Shown here one piece after another: positions 1 through 7,331 of a stretch of DNA of 37,681 bases (positions are counted from its first letter, which is position 1; each line of letters begins with the position of its first letter). Location: assembly GCA_964350605.1 (NCBI GenBank), contig CAYGKP010000003.1, positions 1-37,681 of the forward strand, written 5' to 3'. This DNA comes from an uncultured Cytophagales bacterium. Its GTDB lineage: Bacteria; Bacteroidota; Bacteroidia; Cytophagales; JAAEPT01. Both the position numbers and the translations under genes were made by a program. The notes under the pieces are model-generated. The model worked only from the letters and a program-made list of their open reading frames with translations. It did no database searches and was not told where the DNA came from.

Positions 1-65
1 GCCGAGTGGCTAGGCAGAGGTCTGCAAAACCTCGTACAGCGGTTCGAATCCGCTCGCTACCTCCA
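1..65 (+). tRNA. tRNA-Cys(GCA), 5' end cut by window edge
   Basis: D-arm GCCGAGTGGCTAGGC, anticodon arm GAGGT-CTGCAAA-ACCTC (anticodon GCA), T-arm GCGG-TTCGAAT-CCGC, encoded 3' CCA at 63-65. Confidence 0.95.
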
Positions 66-68
66 CAC

Positions 69-105
69 AAAACACCCCCTCCTAATCGAGGGGGTGTTTT
101 CGTTT
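69..105 (+). terminator. Intrinsic terminator after tRNA-Cys
   Basis: AAAACACCCCCTC-ctaatc-GAGGGGGTGTTTT perfect 13-bp inverted repeat followed by CGTTT. Confidence 0.85.
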
Positions 106-221
106 GAATTGACTTATTCTAAGAGAGACCACTCTTTTTGGGCTGTAAATCAGGGTGTTCGTTGATTCGATCAAGGCTCCTGTTTACCTTCGGGTAACAT
201 TCGAATCTCGATTCACGCATC

Positions 222-2435
222 TTGAACGCATTCGACACGCAAGGCGACCAACTGGTCCCCGAAGAAGGGCCTGAAGGGCTCAAACGTCATTTCCTTTCCG
301 ACTTTTCGGCGGGCTTTGTTGTCTTTCTGGTGGCTTTGCCGATGGCGATGGCCATTGCTGGGGCCAGCGGAGTGCCAGTTATGGCCGCATTTGTGGCCTC
401 GATTGTCGGCGCGCTCATCATGCCTTGGCTCGGTGGGGGCTTCCTAACCATTAAAGGCGCGCCCGCTGGGTTGAGTGCAGTGGCACTGGCCTGTGTTGTG
501 ACATTCTCTCAAGAAGGCAATCTGATGGCGGGTTACCTCGCCTTGTTGGCGGTCGTTGTGGTCTCAGGAGGATTTCAGATTTTGCTTGGCTTGCTGCGTG
601 CCGGCGCCTTGGGCGACTTCTTTCCAGCCGCTGCAATTCAGGGCCTGTTGGCAGCACTGGGTGTGCGTGTTGTGGTGCAGCAATTGCCCGTTGCCTTGGG
701 CGAGGGGACGGGGACAGGCGACCTACTCACCACCCTGCAAAGCCTTCCTGGCTTGATCAACAATGTGGAACCCAATGTGCTGCTGATTTCGTTGGTCAGC
801 TTGGTTTTGCTGGTGATCTTCGATCAGATCAAATCGCGGATTCTGCAAAAGATCCCTGGGGCCTTGGTGGTTGTTCTTGTTGCCATTCCGATGGCGATCC
901 TAATGGGGGTGGGGCACCCCCCTTATACCGTGGACATTCCTGAAAATCTCGGCTGGCACTTCCTGATGCCCAATTTTTCAATTCTTAAGTCCTTCTCGGG
1001 GTGGGAGTACGTGTTGTTGTTCACCTTTATTGGCAGCCTCGAGTCGCTGCTAAGTGCCAAGGCCATTGACGCGGTCGATCCCTACCACCGCCGCTCGAAC
1101 CTGAGCCGGGACTTATTGGCGATCGGTGTTGGCAACGTGATCAGCGGCATGCTGGGTGGCTTGTCGATGATTTCTGCCTCAAAGCGCAGCTTGATCAACG
1201 TGAACAACGGCGCGAAAACGCGCTGGTCGAACTTCTATCACGGCATCTTCCTGATCGTCGGCATCGCGGTGGCTGGGCCTTGGTTGGGCAAAGTACCCAG
1301 TGCAGCGCTGGCGGCCCTCTTGATTTATGCAGGCTATCGCTTGATTACTCCACGGGTCTTCTTCCGAACTTGGAAGGTTGGGCCCGAGCAGCTTTTTGTA
1401 TTCGTGGGCACACTGGTGGCCATTCTCAACCTGGGAATCATCTTCGGTCTTCTGGTGGGGTTGGCCCTGGAGATCATCGTTCACTTGTTCTTCGGGGTGA
1501 AGCTATCGAGCATTTTCCGCTCGGACTTGGAGGTGGTGGAGCACGACGCGGAGAACATCGAGGTAAAAACCCAGGATGCTGCCTTGTTTACTCACGGCTA
1601 TGCGTTGAGCCGGACCGTTGCTGCCTTGCCTGCGGGGGCCAACGTGACCTTCAACTTCGAGAGGTCGCGTGTTGTGGATCACTCCTTTATGGAGACCCTC
1701 TCACATCTCGAATACCGCATTCGAGCAAGCGGAGGACAACTGGCCTTGGATGGCCTGGATTACCACGCCCACCTTTCCGATCACCCGTTGGCGGCTCGTC
1801 GGCTGGTCTCGCTCGAAGACGAGGAGAGCCCCCGCCGAACGGCCCTTTCCGAGTTGGCTGAACGCGAGGGCTTCCAATTTGATCCTCGGCGGATGACCAA
1901 CATGTCGAAGTACGAACAGTTGGCGTATGCCCGCCACCGTTCGTTGGCCTATGAGCAGAACGTGATTCGTCTCACCCACAACGACTGCGAGATTCAGTCG
2001 GTGGACCTGCAAGTCGAGCAAGGCGCAGGGGTGACCTACAAAGCCTTTGCCATGACGGCAGTATGGGTACGGCTGACGGGCTTGCAAGTACCAGCCTTTA
2101 GCCTTGAGCGCGAGAGCTTCATCGACTCAATCATTGATCGAGGAGAGGAGAAGGACATCGATTTTGAACGCTTCCCGAACTTCTCGTACTACTACTTGCT
2201 GCGTGGGCCGGATCAAGCGGCCATTCGCGCCTTCTTTAAGGAACGGGTCATTTTGTTTTTCGAGCGCAACCGGGGCTATAACGTCGAGGTGCGAGGCGAT
2301 GTGATGTTCCTGTACCGACGCCCCAACCTGCTTGATGAGGCCGAGACGCTCGAACAGATCGACCACGCACGGCGATTGCTCGATGCGTTCCGTGCGCCGG
2401 AGTATCATTTCACGACGATCCCCAAGATCGACTAG
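222..2435 (+). CDS. SulP/SLC26 family inorganic anion transporter with STAS-like domain and extra C-terminal domain
   Basis: DFSAGFVVFLVALPMAMAIAGASG and GAPAGL SulP motifs, many TM segments, GAKTRWSN, STAS-like VDHSFME. TTG start uncertain. Confidence 0.9.
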   Translation: MNAFDTQGDQLVPEEGPEGLKRHFLSDFSAGFVVFLVALPMAMAIAGASGVPVMAAFVASIVGALIMPWLGGGFLTIKGAPAGLSAVALACVVTFSQEGNLMAGYLALLAVVVVSGGFQILLGLLRAGALGDFFPAAAIQGLLAALGVRVVVQQLPVALGEGTGTGDLLTTLQSLPGLINNVEPNVLLISLVSLVLLVIFDQIKSRILQKIPGALVVVLVAIPMAILMGVGHPPYTVDIPENLGWHFLMPNFSILKSFSGWEYVLLFTFIGSLESLLSAKAIDAVDPYHRRSNLSRDLLAIGVGNVISGMLGGLSMISASKRSLINVNNGAKTRWSNFYHGIFLIVGIAVAGPWLGKVPSAALAALLIYAGYRLITPRVFFRTWKVGPEQLFVFVGTLVAILNLGIIFGLLVGLALEIIVHLFFGVKLSSIFRSDLEVVEHDAENIEVKTQDAALFTHGYALSRTVAALPAGANVTFNFERSRVVDHSFMETLSHLEYRIRASGGQLALDGLDYHAHLSDHPLAARRLVSLEDEESPRRTALSELAEREGFQFDPRRMTNMSKYEQLAYARHRSLAYEQNVIRLTHNDCEIQSVDLQVEQGAGVTYKAFAMTAVWVRLTGLQVPAFSLERESFIDSIIDRGEEKDIDFERFPNFSYYYLLRGPDQAAIRAFFKERVILFFERNRGYNVEVRGDVMFLYRRPNLLDEAETLEQIDHARRLLDAFRAPEYHFTTIPKID

Positions 2436-2635
2436 CAGAGTTTCCAGCCAGCACCCCAAGGCTGGAACACCCTTCCTCGCGTACCGAAAACAGGTACTCT
2501 TGTCTTTGCCTTTACCTGCCTAGACTCTACCTCTACTGTGGTAGTCCTATCCGTGCTCTGGTTGAGATGACAGGGGCGGGGGAGGCTTTCCTTTTCCGAA
2601 TACAAATGATGACCCAGAATGGAAGGGGCTCTGCT
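2434..2635 (+). ncRNA. Candidate ~200-nt structured RNA (rod with large internal bubble, loosely 6S-like) or structured repeat element
   Basis: Long-range pairings 2434-2440/2629-2635, 2470-2476/2621-2627 and 2508-2520/2575-2586, plus hairpins 2442-2467 and 2481-2497. G-U pairs favour the + strand. No family recognised. Confidence 0.3.
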
Positions 2636-2666
2636 CCGGCCGCCTTGATCTTGGCTCAGTAGGCAC

Positions 2667-2704
2667 AAAAAAAGAACCCCGTCTTTAGACGGGGTCCCTT
2701 GTTT
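2667..2704. terminator. Bidirectional intrinsic terminator (amtB / + strand transcripts)
   Basis: A7-GAACCCCGTC-ttta-GACGGGGTCC-CTTGTTT. Confidence 0.8.
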
Positions 2705-2725
2705 CGTCCGAAGCGACCAACCAAC

Positions 2726-4105
2726 CTACTTCGTGACGAATGAGTAACAGCTTGCGCCGTGTTCGGGGATGTCGAGACCCGCTTGTTCGATTTCTCGCTC
2801 AACGCGGATGCCGATCGTTACTTTCAGGAGAATAAACACAATGAAAGCGAACGCAAAGGCAGCAAGCCCCGAGGCACCAATGCCGATGAGTTGTGCGACC
2901 ACTTGATCGCCGCTGGCCATGTCACCCAAAAGGCCGACTGCCAAGGTACCCCAGATGCCGTTCACCAAATGAACCGAGCAGGCACCGACTGGATCGTCCA
3001 ACCGAAGGCGTTCGAACATCAGGACGGATAGCACAACCAAGATCCCTGCGATGATGCCAATGATCACCGAGTCGCCGGGCGACATGACATCGGCACCAGC
3101 TGTGATGGCCACAAGACCAGCCAAGATGCCGTTACAGGTCATGCTCAGGTCGAACAGGCGGCTGATGGCGAAGATGGTCATGGAGGCAGCGAAACCACCC
3201 GCTGCGGCAGCGAGGCATGTGGTCACCAAGACCCGCGAGATGTTGCCAGGCGAGGCATCGAGTACCGAGCCGCCGTTAAAGCCGAACCAACCCAGCCACA
3301 GCAGCATTGCGCCAATGACTACGAGGGTCATGTTATGACCGGGAATGGGCTTGATCTGACCATTGACGAATTTCCCGATTCGTGGGCCCAGAAGGATGGC
3401 ACCAGCCAAGGCACCCCAGCCGCCTACTGAGTGGACTAGAGTCGAGCCCGCAAAGTCTTTGAAGCCAATGTTAGTGGCCAGCCAGCCGCCGCCCCAGGTC
3501 CAGCTTCCGATGATCGGGTAAGCAACGGTTACGAACAACACCGTGAAGATCAGGAAGCTGATTAGCTTGACGCGCTCGGCAACGGCACCCGAGACAATGG
3601 TTGCAGCCGTTGCAGCAAACATGCCCTGGAACAGGAAGTCGGTCCAATAGGTATAGCCGTCGGCATAGGCCGACGTTTCGCCCCCTTCAGGCAAGGGAAT
3701 GCCCCAACCAGCAAAGTCAAAGACCATGTTGGTCGAGTCGCTGAAATCCGGGTACATGAGTCCGAACCCGCACAGCGCATAGGTCAACAAACTGACACAA
3801 GGAATCAGCGTGTTCTTGAAGAGGATGTTGGTGGTGTTCTTGGCGCGGATCAAGCCTGCTTCCAGCGTGGCGAAGCCCAAGTGCATGATGAACACCAGGA
3901 AGGTGGAGACCAGCATCCAGACATTGCTGGTGGTAAAGAAGCTTTCCGAGGAACCACTGCTGTTCGCTGCCACGCTTACTTGCAGCGAGTCGAGGTTGGC
4001 TTGGGTGGAGGCCAATTGGCCGCTCATCGCATTGAGCGAGTCGAGCATGACCAGTTGTTGGGCTTGATAGCTCTGGAGCAGGGAGTCAAGGACTTCGGGT
4101 TCCAT
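2726..4105 (-). CDS. amtB: Ammonium transporter (Amt family)
   Basis: FQGMFA, SGAVAER, DFAGSTLVH, WFGFNGGS and DDPVGACSVH motifs (twin His and Phe gate present). Lies downstream of a P-II gene. Confidence 0.97.
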   Translation of the reverse strand: MEPEVLDSLLQSYQAQQLVMLDSLNAMSGQLASTQANLDSLQVSVAANSSGSSESFFTTSNVWMLVSTFLVFIMHLGFATLEAGLIRAKNTTNILFKNTLIPCVSLLTYALCGFGLMYPDFSDSTNMVFDFAGWGIPLPEGGETSAYADGYTYWTDFLFQGMFAATAATIVSGAVAERVKLISFLIFTVLFVTVAYPIIGSWTWGGGWLATNIGFKDFAGSTLVHSVGGWGALAGAILLGPRIGKFVNGQIKPIPGHNMTLVVIGAMLLWLGWFGFNGGSVLDASPGNISRVLVTTCLAAAAGGFAASMTIFAISRLFDLSMTCNGILAGLVAITAGADVMSPGDSVIIGIIAGILVVLSVLMFERLRLDDPVGACSVHLVNGIWGTLAVGLLGDMASGDQVVAQLIGIGASGLAAFAFAFIVFILLKVTIGIRVEREIEQAGLDIPEHGASCYSFVTK

Positions 4106-4133
4106 GGGAGGGTGTTAAGTCGTGAAGTGGTTG

Positions 4134-4451
4134 TTATTGACTGATTCGAATGGACTGGTCGACATTCCAAACGAAGATTTTGCCGTCGCCCGCCATGCCG
4201 GTGTTTGCGGCGTCTTTGATGGTGGCGATGGCTTCGGGCGCATCGATTTCGGGTACCACGAGCTCGACGACGCGTCGCGTGCTGCTGCCCGAATCGTAGA
4301 CCGCCCGACCGCGGTACGCGTATTTCTGCTCCTGTTGATAGGTCACACCCGCCACATCTGAGTATGTGAAGAACTCAACGCCGATTCCGTGTAGCGCGTC
4401 GCGGACTGCCTCGAAGCGTTCGGGTCGGATGATGGCTTTGATGTGAAGCAT
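4134..4451 (-). CDS. glnK: P-II family nitrogen regulator
   Basis: IKAIIRP, YRG in T-loop, TGxxGDGKIFV B-loop. Adjacent to and upstream of amtB. Confidence 0.9.
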   Translation of the reverse strand: MLHIKAIIRPERFEAVRDALHGIGVEFFTYSDVAGVTYQQEQKYAYRGRAVYDSGSSTRRVVELVVPEIDAPEAIATIKDAANTGMAGDGKIFVWNVDQSIRISQ

Positions 4452-4749
4452 GATCTATGAATTCTACAAGAAACCCCAAGGCAATGAGAGGGGATCTGTG
4501 GCTGAGAAGTTACGCGGAGTCCGCTCAGCTCGCAAGAAATCAGGGCTAATTTGTTGAATAAAACGAATACGATGGCTTAAAATAGTCTGATAGAAGGAAA
4601 TAGATTGTACTTTTCGGAAATGGTGGTTATCAGCGCATGCCTGAGGGCACCCAGCTTTTTCGATGCAATGCTGATGATAAGCCATTTGAAAAGTCACACT
4701 AGCCACCGATAGCGTTCGGTGCGTTTGGCTGTGGATTCACCGGGAGTTA

Positions 4750-4757
4750 TACCTTTG
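4750..4757 (+). promoter_or_regulatory. Bacteroidota sigma-A -7 element
   Basis: TACCTTTG matches TAnnTTTG. TTTG at 4724-4727 is a possible -33 element. Confidence 0.65.
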
Positions 4758-4761
4758 AGGC

Positions 4762-5118
4762 ATGCGAAACATTCGCCATCACGCCATTGTCGTCACCGCC
4801 CAGGACAAGAAATTCCTGGAGAAGCTCCACAAGGAAACCCTGACTCATTTTGACCAGTCGCTTTCGGTGCGCATCAAAGGGTTTCTGGTTTCGCCGTTGG
4901 TGAGCAGCTTCATCAACGACTATCATTCCTTCCTGATCGCGCCCGATGGGAGCAAGGAAGGCTACGACACATCGGAGGAAGCCGACTTGGCTCGCCGCAG
5001 CTATTTGGATCGCCTCGAAGAGATTCGCAAAAACGAGCCCGAGCGTGATTTGCATTTTGTAGAGGTCCTCTACGGTGCCGACAACGATTCAGCCGCGTTG
5101 CTTCGCGCCAGTCAGTAG
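4762..5118 (+). CDS. Hypothetical protein (HHAIVVT ... APDGSKEGY motifs)
   Basis: 118-aa ORF with typical codon usage directly after a consensus promoter. Function not recognised. Confidence 0.8.
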   Translation: MRNIRHHAIVVTAQDKKFLEKLHKETLTHFDQSLSVRIKGFLVSPLVSSFINDYHSFLIAPDGSKEGYDTSEEADLARRSYLDRLEEIRKNEPERDLHFVEVLYGADNDSAALLRASQ

Positions 5119-5325
5119 CCCAACGACATCCATCCCAAGGGGTTAGCTGGCGCATTCTCTCAGCGATCTTTACATGTGTGGAAGGGTAACTATGGGACTA
5201 TTTCAACCCAATGCTTCCCTATTTCAGGAATTAACAGTTTGGTGTTGTAAATTTTACGGTAAGTGTTTCGATGCCTTTGGCAAAGCGGGTATATTAACTG
5301 GTAGTACTTCTTACCAGTTGTTCCC

Positions 5326-5772
5326 ATGAAACACTTCCTTCGTGCATCTGTGCTAGGCGCTTGCCTCACCCTTGCCGCCCTCTCCAGCGCCAAGGCGCAA
5401 AGCAGTCTCCCCCCACTGGTCAGCAAGGATGCGGCCATCGATCGCTTCTATACCAAGGGCGAACTTGATGCCCTGTCGAAAGCCGACTTGGTGAACATCT
5501 ACAAAGGCCGTGTCTACACGGTTTATCGCATCATCCCTTTTGTGGCGCTGACCTCTCAGCCCGGGGCGACCTACGACGACATTGGCATTCCAGCGACGAA
5601 AGACAACGTCAACTTGCTGAGCAAAGAATTGGAGGACATGGAAGACCTCCACGAAGACGTTGACCAAATGATCGACTTGTTGATTCCCTACGCGGACAAG
5701 ACCGACATCATTTGGGCCATCCTTTATTTTGACGACGTGATCAAGCGAGCGATGCTCGGCAACTCCATGTAG
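5326..5772 (+). CDS. Secreted hypothetical protein (Sec/SPI, predicted helical)
   Basis: Signal peptide ending AKA|Q. 34 bp upstream of the next + gene, probably co-transcribed. Confidence 0.85.
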   Translation: MKHFLRASVLGACLTLAALSSAKAQSSLPPLVSKDAAIDRFYTKGELDALSKADLVNIYKGRVYTVYRIIPFVALTSQPGATYDDIGIPATKDNVNLLSKELEDMEDLHEDVDQMIDLLIPYADKTDIIWAILYFDDVIKRAMLGNSM

Positions 5773-5806
5773 ATCCTCACCGGCATCCGCCAAAACCACT
5801 ACTGAC

Positions 5807-7096
5807 ATGAAAACTTCACGTATTCTACTTACCGCGCTGCTGGCAGGCCTACTGTTGCCCGGAGCGTTGCGTGCCCAGACACCCGGCGCCATTGAGTCCA
5901 GCGACTGGACGCGCATCTGGACCAACTTCAAGCCTGGCGATCAAGACTACCCGACCACGAACGTGACGGTGAGTGGTGTGATCGACAAAGCGACCACCTG
6001 GACGCGCATGAATACCTACTTATTGCAAGGGACGGTATACGTGGCACCGGGTGCTGTGCTGACCATCGAGCCGGGCACCATCATCCGCGGCGACGAGTCG
6101 ACGGTGGGTGCGTTGGTGGTGACCCGTGGAGGGAAGATCATGGCCGAAGGCACCGTAACCGAGCCCATCATCTTTACTTCGAACAAGGCCGCAGGTGCCC
6201 GCAACCCGGGTGACTGGGGTGGCGTGGTCCTCCTCGGTAACGCGAGTATCAATAAGATCGGTGGCATGGCACAGGTGGTTGGGAACTTCCGCCCTGAGTA
6301 TGGCATCTATGGTGGGAGTAACGACCTCGATAATTCGGGTGTCCTAAAGTACGTGCGCATCGAATTCCCTGGTCGCAAGATTGATGGCGAGAACGAGCTC
6401 AATGGCTTGTCTCTAGGAGGTGTCGGTTCGAAGACTGTTTTGGACTACGTTCAAGTGAGCTATTCGAATGACGACAGCTTTGAGTGGTACGGTGGTTCGG
6501 TGGGTGCCGAGCACCTGATCTCGTTCCGCGGAAAAGACGATGACTTCGACTTTACGATGGGCTATGAAGGTCAATTGACCTACGGCTTGGCGATTCGTCA
6601 TCCCTTGATTTCAGACTTCTCGGGTTCGCGTTGCGTGGAGATCGACAGTTATAAGGAAGTCAGTGGCATTGATCCAACTCGTCGGTACCGCACTAGTGTG
6701 ACTTTGGATCACTTCACCTTCGTGAACACAGCCAAGAACCCTGCGCAGATCATGTTGTCGCGCGAGGCAATCAACGTGGGCAATGATGCACTCATCAGCG
6801 TAAGCAATACGGTGGTTTCGGGCTTCAGCGTTGGAGTTGAATTGAAGGCAGACAAACCGTTGGAAGAAGTGGTGAGTGGGAAGGCAAAGTTCTTTGGGTG
6901 CCTCTTCAATTGCCCCTACGAGAACACAATCCGTGCGAAAAGCGAGACGGAGAAGATCATCAAGTACTTCTATAATTCGAACTTTCGGAACCTGAACCTT
7001 AACGAGACCACGGCCAGCGAATTGTTCCGTGATCCATTCCACTCGACTTACCCGAACTACACCTTGAAGCCCCAGTCGCTGCTCACATCTGAGTAA
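5807..7096 (+). CDS. Secreted protein with uncharacterised beta-helix-like module (one copy)
   Basis: Signal peptide LRA|Q. Motifs PIIFTS, GDWGGVVLLG, YGGxxDxDNSGVLKYVRIEFPG, NGLSLGGVG, SNDDSFEWYGG, DDDFD. Confidence 0.88.
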   Translation: MKTSRILLTALLAGLLLPGALRAQTPGAIESSDWTRIWTNFKPGDQDYPTTNVTVSGVIDKATTWTRMNTYLLQGTVYVAPGAVLTIEPGTIIRGDESTVGALVVTRGGKIMAEGTVTEPIIFTSNKAAGARNPGDWGGVVLLGNASINKIGGMAQVVGNFRPEYGIYGGSNDLDNSGVLKYVRIEFPGRKIDGENELNGLSLGGVGSKTVLDYVQVSYSNDDSFEWYGGSVGAEHLISFRGKDDDFDFTMGYEGQLTYGLAIRHPLISDFSGSRCVEIDSYKEVSGIDPTRRYRTSVTLDHFTFVNTAKNPAQIMLSREAINVGNDALISVSNTVVSGFSVGVELKADKPLEEVVSGKAKFFGCLFNCPYENTIRAKSETEKIIKYFYNSNFRNLNLNETTASELFRDPFHSTYPNYTLKPQSLLTSE

Positions 7097-7137
7097 GCCG
7101 ATAACAGCAGGTGGGCAATTAATGTCTGACAAAAGTC

Positions 7138-7170
7138 AAAGCCCAGGTTCGATTAGAGCCTGGGCTTTTT
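7138..7170. terminator. Bidirectional intrinsic terminator
   Basis: AAAGCCCAGGTTC-gatta-GAGCCTGGGCTTTTT between convergent genes. Confidence 0.8.
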
Positions 7171-7331
7171 CATGTCTTGGTAGAAGTTTGTGCGAGCGAG
7201 ACTGGCGCGACTCTACCCCAGGGGTCCCGCCAGTCTATCTGAAAAAAACCAGGGGAGGAGAAGAGAAGTGCAATTGTGTGGCGCGATGAAGATCGCGCCA
7301 CCACAAAAGCGAGAGTCAAAAGTGTGAGCTG

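Noticed and set aside
2432-2668. 78-aa minus-strand ORF
   Set aside because: Starts inside the terminator, has no recognisable motif, and the region is better explained by RNA structure
4464-4706. 80-aa minus-strand ORF upstream of glnK
   Set aside because: Lies in an AT-rich divergent promoter region and would cover the likely glnK promoter. Composition is not protein-like
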